Assembly (NCBI GenBank): GCA_017883165.1
Contig: JADGOC010000003.1
Location: 1 to 62,007 of the forward strand
Length of the DNA stretch: 62,007 nucleotides
Reading direction: 5' to 3'
From: Acidobacteriota bacterium
GTDB lineage: Bacteria > Acidobacteriota > Vicinamibacteria > Vicinamibacterales > CAVVIG01
Shown in pieces: positions 21,331 to 30,514 of the stretch (its first letter is position 1; each line of letters opens with the position of its first letter). The notes beneath the pieces were generated by a model, which made no database searches, had not been told where the DNA came from, and saw nothing but the letters and a program-made list of their open reading frames with translations. The position numbers and the translations under genes were made by a program.

Positions 21331-22681
21331 ATCGTTGCCGCATCTCTTCGGGACCGACGGTGTGCGCGGCACCGCGGGCCGCTATCCGCTGGATCGGCCG
21401 ACGGTGCGAAGGTTCGGCGCGGCGCTCGTGCGCGCGTTGCCGCACGGGACCGACGCGCCGCGGCTGCTCGTCGGGCGCGACACGCGCGAGTCGGGCGAAT
21501 GGATTGAAGCCGAGCTCGCGCGCGGGGCGTCCGGGGAAGGCGCGACCGTGACGAGCGCCGGCGTCGTGCCGACGCCCGCCGTGGCCTACCTGACGCGTAC
21601 GGCCGGGTACGACGCCGGCGTCGTCATTTCGGCGTCGCACAATCCGTTCGAAGACAACGGCATCAAGGTCTTCTCGGGCCGCGGCGAGAAATTCACCGAG
21701 CGCGTCGAGCGCGAGGTGGAAGCCATCGTCGCTGACACGTCATGGAGCGCGGGGAGCGGCGATGCCGGGCCCGTGCCGCGCGCCGATCTCGTCGGGGCGT
21801 ATCTGGAGCACCTGCGCGCCGTGTTTCCGGAAGCATCTCGGCTGAAGCACTTCAAGCTTGCCGTGGACTGCGCCAACGGGGCGACGACGACGGTGGCGCC
21901 GATGCTCTTCGCGGAGCTCGGCTTCGACACCGTCGTCATCGACGACAAGCCCGACGGCCAGAACATCAACCTCAATTGCGGGTCGACGCATCCCGAGCGC
22001 CTGGCGAAGATCGTCGTCGAGCGCGGGTGTCAGGCCGGCGTCGCATTCGACGGCGACGGCGATCGTGCGATCTTCATCGATCACCGCGGCCAGGTGGTGA
22101 ACGGCGACGCCGTCCTCTTCATGTGCGCGCGGCAGCTCCAGAGGGAAGGGCGTCTCAAGGGCCAGGCGATTGTCGCGACCGTGATGAGCAACATCGGATT
22201 GGAGCTCGCGCTGCGGGCGCTCGGCATCGAGCTGGTGCGGTGCCCGGTCGGCGACAAGTACGTGATGGAAGAAATGCTGACGCGCGGGCTGTCGCTGGGC
22301 GGCGAACAGTCGGGCCACATTATCTTCTCCGAGTATCTGTTCACCGGCGACGGCCTGTGCACCGCGCTCAACGTGCTGCGCACGGTGGCGCTCGGCGGCC
22401 GGACGCTCGCTGATCTCGCCGCCGATCTCGTCAGCTATCCGCAGGTGCTCTTGAACGTGCGCGTGCGGGAGAAGGTCGACCTCGCGTCGGTCCCCGCTGT
22501 CGCGTCGGCGATTGCCAAAGTCGAGGCGCGCGTTAATGGCCAAGGGGGCCAGGGCCGGCTGCTCGTACGCTACTCGGGCACCGAGCCGCTCTTGCGCGTC
22601 ATGCTCGAAGGCAAACACGAACACGAGATCCAGGCCTGGGCCCAAGAGATCGTGGACGCGGTCAAGAAGCACCTGGGGTAA
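21317..22681 (+). CDS. glmM: Phosphoglucosamine mutase
   Basis: FGTDGVRG, ISASHNP, FDGDGDR, GGEQSGH, RYSGTEPLLRVM. Confidence 0.96.
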   Translation: MPRTESLPHLFGTDGVRGTAGRYPLDRPTVRRFGAALVRALPHGTDAPRLLVGRDTRESGEWIEAELARGASGEGATVTSAGVVPTPAVAYLTRTAGYDAGVVISASHNPFEDNGIKVFSGRGEKFTERVEREVEAIVADTSWSAGSGDAGPVPRADLVGAYLEHLRAVFPEASRLKHFKLAVDCANGATTTVAPMLFAELGFDTVVIDDKPDGQNINLNCGSTHPERLAKIVVERGCQAGVAFDGDGDRAIFIDHRGQVVNGDAVLFMCARQLQREGRLKGQAIVATVMSNIGLELALRALGIELVRCPVGDKYVMEEMLTRGLSLGGEQSGHIIFSEYLFTGDGLCTALNVLRTVALGGRTLADLAADLVSYPQVLLNVRVREKVDLASVPAVASAIAKVEARVNGQGGQGRLLVRYSGTEPLLRVMLEGKHEHEIQAWAQEIVDAVKKHLG

Positions 22682-23437
22682 ATGATCCGCCTGTCAGTGA
22701 ACGTGAACAAGGTCGCGACGCTGCGCAACGCGCGCGGCGGGCGCATGCCGAGCGTTGTGGAAGCGGCTGAGGCGTGCGTGGCCGCGGGCGCTCCGGGTAT
22801 CACCGTGCACCCGCGCGCCGACCGCCGCCACATCACGCCCGAGGATGTCCGCCACATCGCCCGCGCGCTCGACGGTTGTACGCCTCACGTCGAGTACAAC
22901 ATCGAAGGCGATCCGCGGCCGGAGCTGCTCGATCTCGTCGAGGCCGTGCGGCCCGATCAGTGCACGCTCGTGCCGGTGGTGCCGGGGGAAGTGACCAGCC
23001 AGGCCGGCTGGCAGCCGGGTCCCGACACCGATCGCATGCCGGCCGTCGTCAGTCGGCTTCGCGCCTCTGGCGTGCGCGTCAGCCTGTTCGTGGACGCGAG
23101 TCCTGATCCGATCCGATGGGCGGCGTCGGCCGGCGCCAATCGCGTGGAGCTGTACACCGAGCCGTACGCGCGCGCGTTCGAGCGCGGCGCCGACGCGGCG
23201 CGCCGCTCGTTCGAGTCTTATGTGGAGGCGGCGAGGCTCGCACACTCGCTGGGCCTCGGCGTCAACGCCGGCCACGACCTCGACCTCGAGAACCTCGTCA
23301 TCTTCCGCGACCTGCCGTTTCTCGACGAAGTGTCCATCGGCCATGCCCTGATCTCGCGCGCGTTATTTGTGGGCCTCTCGAAGGTCGTCCGCGAATACCT
23401 GGACGTGCTGGCGCCCGCCGCCCGAGCGCGCGGGTGA
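22682..23437 (+). CDS. pdxJ: Pyridoxine 5'-phosphate synthase
   Basis: LSVNVNKVATLRNAR, ITVHPRADRRHI, VELYT, NAGHDL, SIGHALI. Confidence 0.96.
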   Translation: MIRLSVNVNKVATLRNARGGRMPSVVEAAEACVAAGAPGITVHPRADRRHITPEDVRHIARALDGCTPHVEYNIEGDPRPELLDLVEAVRPDQCTLVPVVPGEVTSQAGWQPGPDTDRMPAVVSRLRASGVRVSLFVDASPDPIRWAASAGANRVELYTEPYARAFERGADAARRSFESYVEAARLAHSLGLGVNAGHDLDLENLVIFRDLPFLDEVSIGHALISRALFVGLSKVVREYLDVLAPAARARG

Positions 23438-23460
23438 TGCTATGATCGCGTGATAACCTC

Positions 23461-24090
23461 ATGAAATCAGAGTCCATCGCCTTCGCAGTCGCGGGCGTCG
23501 TATTCGGCTTGGTCGCCGGCTGGGTCATCGGCGCGCAACAGGCGCAGCAGACGCCGCACGCGGCCGCGGCGGCGGCGGCGCAGCCGACATCCGCCGCGCC
23601 GGCCTCGAACGCGCCGGCCACTCCCGCGCCCGTGCTCGACCAGGCGCAGGTCCAGGCGCTCACCTCTGTCGCCTCGCGCGAGCCTTCGAATGCGGCGCCG
23701 CGCGCGCAGCTCGGTAACCTGTACTTCGACGCCGAGCGGTACGACGAGGCGATCAAGTGGTACGCCGAGGCGGTGAAGCTTGCGCCGAACGATCCCAACG
23801 TGAGCACCGATCTCGGCGTGAGCTACTACTACACGAATCAGCCGGACAAGGCGCTCGAACAGTTCGCACGATCGCTGCAGCTCGAACCGAAGCACACTAA
23901 GACGCTGCTGAACGTCGGTATCGTCAAGGCGTTCGGCAAGCAGGACCTCGACGGCGCCGTGCAGGCCTGGCAGCAGGTCGTGCAGATCGCGCCCGATAGT
24001 CCCGAGGGGCAGGCCGCCAAGCGCGCGCTCGACAGCCTGCGCTCGGCGCATCCGGCGATGGGCGGGCCGGCGCAAAAGCCTGGTGCGTGA
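23461..24090 (+). CDS. Membrane-anchored tetratricopeptide repeat protein
   Basis: N-terminal TM, then TPRs (LGNLYFDAERYDEAIKWY, DLGVSYY, AVQAWQQVVQIAP). Confidence 0.85.
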   Translation: MKSESIAFAVAGVVFGLVAGWVIGAQQAQQTPHAAAAAAAQPTSAAPASNAPATPAPVLDQAQVQALTSVASREPSNAAPRAQLGNLYFDAERYDEAIKWYAEAVKLAPNDPNVSTDLGVSYYYTNQPDKALEQFARSLQLEPKHTKTLLNVGIVKAFGKQDLDGAVQAWQQVVQIAPDSPEGQAAKRALDSLRSAHPAMGGPAQKPGA

Positions 24091-24347
24091 TGATCCGCCT
24101 CGCGCTCGTCCTGCTCCTCTTCGTCTTCATCGCCCGCACGTTCTGGCGCGCCTTCGACGGGATTCTCGAAGGGCTGTCGGGGCGGCCCCCCCGCACGACG
24201 CCTCAGCGCGGCACGCACATGGTGCGGGATCCGGTGTGCGGTACGTTTATCCTGCCCGGCCAGGCGGTGACGCTCGCCGACGGATCGCGCCGCATGTATT
24301 TTTGTTCCACCAACTGCCGCGATAAGTACCGAGCCCGTACTGCATGA
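24087..24347 (+). CDS. Small YHS/TRASH-domain membrane protein
   Basis: N-terminal TM, MVRDPVCG...YFCSTNCRDKY. Confidence 0.85.
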   Translation: MMIRLALVLLLFVFIARTFWRAFDGILEGLSGRPPRTTPQRGTHMVRDPVCGTFILPGQAVTLADGSRRMYFCSTNCRDKYRARTA

Positions 24348-25201
24348 GCACCGAGTCTTCGCTGCGCGCCGACATCGTCGAGGTCGGCCGGCGCATGTAC
24401 GCGCGGGGGTATACGGCGTCGAACGACGGGAACATCAGCGTCCGGCTCGGAGCGGATCGGCTGCTGATGACGCCCAAGAGCGTGTGCAAGGGATTCATGA
24501 CGCCCGACATGATGTGCGTCACCGATCTCGACGGAAAAAAGATTCAGGGCGATCGCGATCCGTCGTCCGAGATGCTGATGCACCTGGAGGTGTATCGCCA
24601 GCGCGCGGACGTGCAGGCCGTCGTGCACGCGCATCCGCCGACGGCGACCGGCTTCGCGGTCGCGGGCATCCCGCTCAATCGCGCCGTGCTCGCCGAGGTG
24701 GTGACGACGCTCGGGAGCGTGCCGATCGCGGCGTACGCGACGCCGTCCACGACCGAACTGCCGGCGGCGGTTCGACAGTACATCAAGGCGCACGACGGAA
24801 TGCTGCTCGCCAATCACGGCGCGCTGACGGTGGGCGGCGATCTCTTTTCCGCGTACTTCAAGATGGAGACGATCGAGCATTTCGCGCAGATCAGCCTCGT
24901 GGCGCGAATGCTCGGCGGCGAGAACCTCCTGTCGCGCGAGGAGGTGATGCGGCTGCAACGGCTGCGCGGCACCTACGGCATTGCGGCGCCGGCGGCGATT
25001 TGTGACGATCCGCCTGCCGGCGGGCCGGGCGCCCCTGGCGCCACTATCGCGGACGGCGCCACGTGCCAGGTGGTGCAGGCGCCGTCAGGCAGCGGCCGGC
25101 GTCTGGTGCCCTCAGGCAATACGGGTGACGAAGCCGAAATTCGGTTAACATACCGCGAACTCTCCGCGCTCATCGAGGACGCGATCAGGAACCTGCGTTA
25201 G
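24344..25201 (+). CDS. Class II aldolase/adducin family protein with a C-terminal encapsulation-peptide-like helix
   Basis: DGNISVR, SSEMLMHL, VVHAHP, LANHGA. Pro/Gly linker followed by amphipathic YRELSALIEDAIRNL. Confidence 0.92.
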   Translation: MSTESSLRADIVEVGRRMYARGYTASNDGNISVRLGADRLLMTPKSVCKGFMTPDMMCVTDLDGKKIQGDRDPSSEMLMHLEVYRQRADVQAVVHAHPPTATGFAVAGIPLNRAVLAEVVTTLGSVPIAAYATPSTTELPAAVRQYIKAHDGMLLANHGALTVGGDLFSAYFKMETIEHFAQISLVARMLGGENLLSREEVMRLQRLRGTYGIAAPAAICDDPPAGGPGAPGATIADGATCQVVQAPSGSGRRLVPSGNTGDEAEIRLTYRELSALIEDAIRNLR

Positions 25202-25232
25202 CAAGCCCCCGCAGGGGGCTCACAGACGAAGC

Positions 25233-25341
25233 GTTGACTGAGCGGAAAGTCGCTGAAGCCAATGCCGAGCGCGCGAAAAGCGCGCGAAAAGCGCGCGAAG
25301 GCACAGGCGGCGGGGGTGGGGCCCCGCCGCGAGTGAGAATG
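25233..25341 (+). repeat. Dispersed structured intergenic repeat, copy 2
   Basis: Aligns with 4513-4608, with an internal (GCGCGCGAAAA) expansion. Confidence 0.85.
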
Positions 25342-25352
25342 AGGAGACAGTA

Positions 25353-25646
25353 ATGGGCGAGGCGCTTGGGATGATCGAAACGAAGGGGCTGGTCGCGATG
25401 ATCGAGGCCGCTGACGCGATGGTCAAGGCCGCGAAGGTCACGCTGGTCGGCTGGGAAAAGATCGGTGCGGGATACGTCACCGCGATTGTGCGCGGCGACG
25501 TCGCGGCGGTGAAAGCGGCGACCGACGCAGGCGCCGCGGCCGCGCGGCGGGTGGGCGAGCTCGTGTCCGTGCACGTCATTCCGCGTCCGCACACGAACCT
25601 CGAGGACGTGCTGCCGATCGGCAAAGCCACGACCTCGAAGGCGTAA
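25353..25646 (+). CDS. BMC hexamer shell protein (PduA/EutM/CcmK family)
   Basis: [42 protein letters not shown]. Confidence 0.97.
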   Translation: MGEALGMIETKGLVAMIEAADAMVKAAKVTLVGWEKIGAGYVTAIVRGDVAAVKAATDAGAAAARRVGELVSVHVIPRPHTNLEDVLPIGKATTSKA

Positions 25647-25652
25647 CGCCGC

Positions 25653-25922
25653 ATGCTCCTCGGCAAAGTCGTGGGGACCGTGGTGGCCACCCGCAAGGAT
25701 GCCCGCCTCGTCAGCAACAAACTGATGATCGTGCGGCCGGCTGATCCCCGCGGCAAGGCGGAAGGCAATTACCTCGTCGCCGTCGACACGGTGGACGCCG
25801 GCGTCGGCGAGACGGTACTGGTGGTCAGCGGCAGCTCGGCCCGCATGGCGTCCGGCCTGAAAGACTGCCCGGTCGACGCCGCCATCATCGGCATCGTCGA
25901 CCAGGTGGAGATGAACGAATAG
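25653..25922 (+). CDS. BMC pentamer (vertex) protein, EutN/CcmL family
   Basis: MLLGKVVGTVVATRK, VAVDTVDAGVGE, GSSAR, DAAIIGIVD. Confidence 0.96.
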   Translation: MLLGKVVGTVVATRKDARLVSNKLMIVRPADPRGKAEGNYLVAVDTVDAGVGETVLVVSGSSARMASGLKDCPVDAAIIGIVDQVEMNE

Positions 25923-26195
25923 ATGCAGCTGGCGCGCGTCATCGGCGACGTCGTGATGACGAGGAAAGACGAGAACCTGGTCGGCATCAAGCTGCTCGTC
26001 GTTCAGCCGCTGACGCCCGAGCGCGAGCCGGCCGGCCGGCCGCTCGTCGCCGTCGACGCGGTGGGCGCTGGCGTCGGCGAGGAAGTGTTTTTCGTGCGCG
26101 GGAAAGAGGCCAGCTTTCCGTTCTATCCAGCCGAGCCGCCCGTGGACGCCGGCATCGTCGGGATCGTCGATCAGTGGACCGTAGAACGATCATGA
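25923..26195 (+). CDS. BMC pentamer protein, EutN/CcmL family
   Basis: MQLARVIGDVVMTRK, VAVDAVGAGVGE, GKEAS, DAGIVGIVD. Confidence 0.96.
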   Translation: MQLARVIGDVVMTRKDENLVGIKLLVVQPLTPEREPAGRPLVAVDAVGAGVGEEVFFVRGKEASFPFYPAEPPVDAGIVGIVDQWTVERS

Positions 26196-26243
26196 ATGTG
26201 GTGATGTGGTGATGGGGTGATCTGGTGATCGGGTGATGTGATG
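26196..26243. repeat. 8-bp degenerate tandem repeat (ATNNGGTG)x5
   Basis: atgtggtg atgtggtg atggggtg atctggtg atcgggtg. Same motif as 723-763. Confidence 0.8.
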
Positions 26244-26519
26244 CAGATTGCCAGAGTGATTGGGACGGTCGTAGCGACCCAGAAGCATCGGAAATTCGAA
26301 GGGGCGAAGCTGCTGCTCGTGCAGCCGTTGAACATGGACGACACGCCGCGCGGGACGGCGCTGCTGGCCGTGGACGGCGTCGGCGCCGGCGTTCATGAGA
26401 AGGTGCTCGTCGTTCTCGAAGGGCGCGCGGCGGGCGAAGCGCTCGGCAAGAAGGCGGCGCCGGTGGATGCCGCCATCATCGGGATTATTGACGAAGTGGA
26501 TTTCGATGGAAGTCTCTGA
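26241..26519 (+). CDS. BMC pentamer protein, EutN/CcmL family
   Basis: MQIARVIGTVVATQK, LAVDGVGAGVHE, EGRAA, DAAIIGIID. Confidence 0.96.
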   Translation: MQIARVIGTVVATQKHRKFEGAKLLLVQPLNMDDTPRGTALLAVDGVGAGVHEKVLVVLEGRAAGEALGKKAAPVDAAIIGIIDEVDFDGSL

Positions 26520-26748
26520 TCAAGAACTGCGGGCGCTCGTGCGCGACGCGATCGCGCGACATACCGGCCACACGGGCCACACCGGCCCTTCGCACGCGCA
26601 TCCGCCACCGCCGACGCCGTTTGACGCCCGCCACGCCAGCCAGGTCCTTCTGCCGCTCGCGCGCGGCGGCGATGGCGACGGCGCCTGCCTGATCGAGCGG
26701 GCCGTCCGCTGCAATCACTGCGGGTACTGCCTCTCGTACGGACTTTGA
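26506..26748 (+). CDS. Small protein with an N-terminal encapsulation-peptide-like helix and a C-terminal Cys4 motif
   Basis: MEVSDQELRALVRDAIARH, His/Pro linker, then CLIERAVRCNHCGYC. Overlaps both neighbouring genes. Confidence 0.75.
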   Translation: MEVSDQELRALVRDAIARHTGHTGHTGPSHAHPPPPTPFDARHASQVLLPLARGGDGDGACLIERAVRCNHCGYCLSYGL

Positions 26749-27680
26749 ACGTTCTCGTCACCCGCAAGCTCCCGTCCTCGGTTCTTGCCAAGCTCCACGC
26801 CATCGGATCAGTCGACCTGTACGCCGGCAATGCCGCGATTGCCCCAAGCGAGCTGCGGGCGCGTCTCGTCGACACAGATGCGCTCGTCTGTCTGCTGACC
26901 GACACGATCGACCGGGCGGCCATCGACGCCGCCCCGAAGCTGAAGATCATCGCCAACATCGCTGTCGGGTACGACAACGTCGACGTCGCCTACGCGCGCT
27001 CGCGCGGCATCGTGGTCACCAACACGCCGGACGTGCTGACCGAGTCGGTCGCCGATTTCACATGGGCGCTGATTCTCGCGATCACGCGGCGGCTGTCGGA
27101 AGGGGAGCGCGTCGTCCGCCGAGGCGCGTGGGAGGGCTGGGGGCTCGGCTTTATGCTTGGAACGGAGCTGCAGGGAAAGCAGCTTGGCCTTGTCGGCTTC
27201 GGAAGAATCGGCCGCGCGGTCGCCGCGCGCGCATCGGCGTTCCGCATGCGCGTCGCGTACGCGGCGCGCGGCACGACGCAGCTGCCTGACGCCCAACCGC
27301 TGTCACTCGATCAGCTCTTGAACACCTCGGACGTCGTGTCGCTGCACGTGCCACTGACGCCGGAGACACGGCATCTCATCGACAAGAAGGCGCTCACCAG
27401 GATGAAGCGCTCCGCGTATCTGATCAACACCTCGCGCGGGCCGATCGTCGACGAAGCGGCGCTCGCCTGGGCGCTTCGGGAACATCTCCTCGCCGGCGCG
27501 GCGCTCGATGTCTACGAGCACGAGCCGGCCATCCATCCCGATTTGTTGGCGCTCGAAAACGTGCTCCTTGTGCCGCACCTCGGCAGCGCGACGACCGAGA
27601 CCCGGACGGCGATGGCCGATCTCGCCGTCCAGAACGTCATCGAAGTGCTCGGCGGCCGCCCCGCCATCACACCGGTATGA
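26745..27680 (+). CDS. D-2-hydroxyacid dehydrogenase (glyoxylate/hydroxypyruvate reductase family)
   Basis: AVGYDNVD, TNTPDVLT, GFGRIG, INTSRG, LDVYEHEP, PHLGSAT. Confidence 0.94.
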   Translation: MNVLVTRKLPSSVLAKLHAIGSVDLYAGNAAIAPSELRARLVDTDALVCLLTDTIDRAAIDAAPKLKIIANIAVGYDNVDVAYARSRGIVVTNTPDVLTESVADFTWALILAITRRLSEGERVVRRGAWEGWGLGFMLGTELQGKQLGLVGFGRIGRAVAARASAFRMRVAYAARGTTQLPDAQPLSLDQLLNTSDVVSLHVPLTPETRHLIDKKALTRMKRSAYLINTSRGPIVDEAALAWALREHLLAGAALDVYEHEPAIHPDLLALENVLLVPHLGSATTETRTAMADLAVQNVIEVLGGRPAITPV

Positions 27681-28411
27681 GGAAGCAGCCTTCACCAGAG
27701 CGCGAGAGTCTACGCTCGAGCGCGAGATCTTCAGTGCGTGGGGGTGAGGCCCCACGCGCCGTAAAGAATGTTATGCGCGTCCTTGCCAGCGAGATCGATG
27801 GCCTCGAGCTGCCCGCTGTGGAGAAAATCTCCAACAGCCAGGAAAGAGATCCGTTTCAGGTCCTGATCGCGACGCTGCTCTCGGCGCGCACGCAGGACGC
27901 CACGACGCTCGCCGCGTCGACGCGGTTGTTCAAAGTCGCGCGCACGCCGAAGACGATGGCGAAACTCACGGTCAAGCAGATCGAGAAGCTGATATACCCG
28001 GTGAGCTTCTATCTCCACAAGGCGCGACACGTGAAGGCGACGTGCCGGATGCTCGTAGACCGTTTCGGCGGCCGCGTGCCGACGAGGATGGAGGAGCTGT
28101 TGATGTTGCCGGGGGTCGGCCGAAAGACGGCGAACCTGGTGCTGATCCTGGCGTTCAAGAGCCTGAAGAATATTTGCGTCGACACGCACGTGCACCGCAT
28201 CTCGAACCGCCTCGGGTGGGTGAAGACGCGGACGCCGGACGAGACCGAACAGGCGCTCTACGCCACGACGGCGGCGCGCTGGTGGCCGTACATCAACCTG
28301 TATCTGGTGACGTGGGGCCAGAACGTGTGCCGTCCCGTGTATCCGCGCTGCGGCGCGTGCGCGATTCGGCCATACTGTCCGCAGATGGGCGTGACGCGGG
28401 TGTCCAAATGA
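27677..28411 (+). CDS. nth: Endonuclease III
   Basis: PFQVLIATLLSART, HhH motif LPGVGRKTAN, VDTHVHR, and C-x6-C-x2-C-x5-C Fe-S motif. Alternative start ATG 27773. Confidence 0.93.
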   Translation: MRKQPSPERESLRSSARSSVRGGEAPRAVKNVMRVLASEIDGLELPAVEKISNSQERDPFQVLIATLLSARTQDATTLAASTRLFKVARTPKTMAKLTVKQIEKLIYPVSFYLHKARHVKATCRMLVDRFGGRVPTRMEELLMLPGVGRKTANLVLILAFKSLKNICVDTHVHRISNRLGWVKTRTPDETEQALYATTAARWWPYINLYLVTWGQNVCRPVYPRCGACAIRPYCPQMGVTRVSK

Positions 28412-28950
28412 TCGCCACACTGCTGCTGGCCTGCGCCCTGATGATCCCGTATGAGGGTGCGCAGACCCTCGGCGCCGGCCCGGTTCTCGTTGTCGAAACG
28501 ACGAAAGGTGTCTTCGAATTTGAGACGTATCCGAACGACGCGCCGAAGACCGTCGCGCACATTCTCGAGCTCGTACGGCGCGGGTTCTACGACGGTCAGC
28601 GCATTCATCGCGCGCTGCCTGGATTCGTCGTGCAGTGGGGCGATCCCCAATCGCGCGACGCGAGCCGGCAGGGCGACTGGGGGAGAGGCGTGGCCGCGTC
28701 GAGCGGGACGCCGATCGGGATTCCGGAGATGACAAAGAAGCGCCTGCATACGAAGGGCGCCGTCGGCGTCGCGCACACGGGTCTCCCCGCGCTGGCCGAT
28801 AGCCAGATCTACGTGACGCTCGCCGACCGTCCGGACTTGAACGGGAAATACACGGTGTTCGGCCACATCATTTCCGGAGACGATGTGTTGGAGCGGATGC
28901 AGGTCGGTGACGTGATTCGACGAATGTACGTGAAGGACGGATCACCATGA
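28408..28950 (+). CDS. Cyclophilin-type peptidyl-prolyl isomerase, exported
   Basis: APKTV, GFYDG..IHR, FVVQWGDP, SQIYV, LNGKYTVFG. Confidence 0.9.
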   Translation: MIATLLLACALMIPYEGAQTLGAGPVLVVETTKGVFEFETYPNDAPKTVAHILELVRRGFYDGQRIHRALPGFVVQWGDPQSRDASRQGDWGRGVAASSGTPIGIPEMTKKRLHTKGAVGVAHTGLPALADSQIYVTLADRPDLNGKYTVFGHIISGDDVLERMQVGDVIRRMYVKDGSP

Positions 28951-29366
28951 AGCGCCGTATCTCGCTCATCGTCGGACTCGCGTTCATGTGTGGGTGCGGC
29001 AGCGCGCCCGCGGGCACGTCGCCCTCGCCGCTGGTGAACACCGCGACGCTGTCGATCTCTGCGTTCACGGTGACTACTCAGCCGGGTGCGCCGGCAGGCA
29101 CATTCAACTACAGTGCGACGTTCCACCTCGTTGAAGCAGGCACGGTCGGCCTGACGTTCACCCACCTCATATTCACGGCGCTACCCAGCGGCGGCGTCGC
29201 GGTTGGTCAGCCAGGCGCCTTCATCGCCGCGGGAGGAACCTTGGATCCGGTGTACTCGCTGATCGGCTTTCCCCCTAGTACGCAGATCAGGGTGGACATC
29301 ACGTTCATCGACGACCACGGCCTCACCGGTTCGGCCACGGCCACGGCCAACGTCCCCACGCAGTGA
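28947..29366 (+). CDS. Hypothetical lipoprotein
   Basis: MKRR, hydrophobic stretch, then GC lipobox-like site. Mature part is beta-rich. Confidence 0.65.
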   Translation: MKRRISLIVGLAFMCGCGSAPAGTSPSPLVNTATLSISAFTVTTQPGAPAGTFNYSATFHLVEAGTVGLTFTHLIFTALPSGGVAVGQPGAFIAAGGTLDPVYSLIGFPPSTQIRVDITFIDDHGLTGSATATANVPTQ

Positions 29367-29394
29367 TGTCCGCCGCCATGTCGAGGTTTCGAGT

Positions 29395-30423
29395 TCACTG
29401 AATTCGACGGCTTGCCGATTCCAGCACGGTGTGGCCCATCGAGAACAGCCAACTCGCGGGGTCGACATCGGGTTGTGTGTTTCCGACCGGCCTCGAGTAG
29501 AGGATGGCGGCGTGGAATTTCTCGATATCGGTGAGCCGAGGCAGCGTCCACGACCCGGGGCCGGCCCTTCCCATCAGCCCCGCCTCTGTCGGGGGGAGGC
29601 CGGTCACGGTTATGTGGTGGAGTCCGAGGCAATGTCCGATTTCGTGAGCGACAACTTGAGGTATGCCCGATGGCACATCGGCCTGCCAGACGCGAACGGT
29701 GCATGGGTTGACGCCGACGCCCGAGGCATCTCCTGCTGCACTGAGACCCACGGCAGGAAACTTTATGAGGATCGTGCCGACTGTTGGCGAAGTCGTTGAT
29801 GAACCTGTGTCGATGCGCAGCGCCCGGTAGCGATTCGCCGTCACGTCTCCCACAATATCAGGTATCACGGATACCGCCGTGTCGACCAGCGACTGCGCGA
29901 CGGGCGCACCGAACTCGTCCACCGTCGTCACATAAAAGCTCGGATCCTGCTGCCACCTTCTGGTCGGAGACGGCGCCCCAAAATCCAACACTCCACGAAC
30001 AAGGTCGTTGTAGAAACTCATCGAGAACGGTGGCTGGTTGGCAATCAGGTCGATGACGACTCCGTCCCGATTGGAACCAGTCTGGAGCGTGGTCACCCTA
30101 CCGACGTAGCGAGGTGCGGAGATGAATACGGACATCGTCGTTTGATTGCAGGTACCCGTCACAGAAAAGCGGCCGGCTGAATCTGTCCTGATCACCGCCG
30201 TGCTTGTGTCGATCTCTGCTCCAGCGATCGGTTGAGTGCTAGGGTTAGAAACGAGAGTGCCGGAGACGGTCCACTGAGGAACAGTCGGAGTGGGCGTCGG
30301 CGTTGCGACGGGGGTTGGGCCGTTGAGTGGTGGACGTGACGTGCTCCCGCATCCTCCGCACGCCGCGGCGGCGCCTCCGGCGGCGAGCAACTGGAGGCCG
30401 ACTACGAGCGCGCCTCGAGACAC
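29395..30423 (-). CDS. Putative lipoprotein metzincin zinc metallopeptidase with an N-terminal beta-sandwich domain
   Basis: Signal peptide ending AAAC, PT linker, VSGTLV..IAGA..TDSAGRF, HEIGHCLGLHH, Met-turn GLM. Start set at GTG 30423. Confidence 0.78.
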   Translation of the reverse strand: MSRGALVVGLQLLAAGGAAAACGGCGSTSRPPLNGPTPVATPTPTPTVPQWTVSGTLVSNPSTQPIAGAEIDTSTAVIRTDSAGRFSVTGTCNQTTMSVFISAPRYVGRVTTLQTGSNRDGVVIDLIANQPPFSMSFYNDLVRGVLDFGAPSPTRRWQQDPSFYVTTVDEFGAPVAQSLVDTAVSVIPDIVGDVTANRYRALRIDTGSSTTSPTVGTILIKFPAVGLSAAGDASGVGVNPCTVRVWQADVPSGIPQVVAHEIGHCLGLHHITVTGLPPTEAGLMGRAGPGSWTLPRLTDIEKFHAAILYSRPVGNTQPDVDPASWLFSMGHTVLESASRRIQ

Positions 30424-30514
30424 GGGGCGACCATACCATCGTGACTGCACCCGCCGCGTAGGGCGAGCTGGCTCGGACCTTGTCGTTCTTGCGTGTGATC
30501 TGTAGAGTCGTGTT

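Noticed and set aside
19541-22681. c-di-AMP module cdaA-cdaR-glmM as a novelty in a diderm
   Set aside because: This is a well-known conserved operon and not unusual enough to report.
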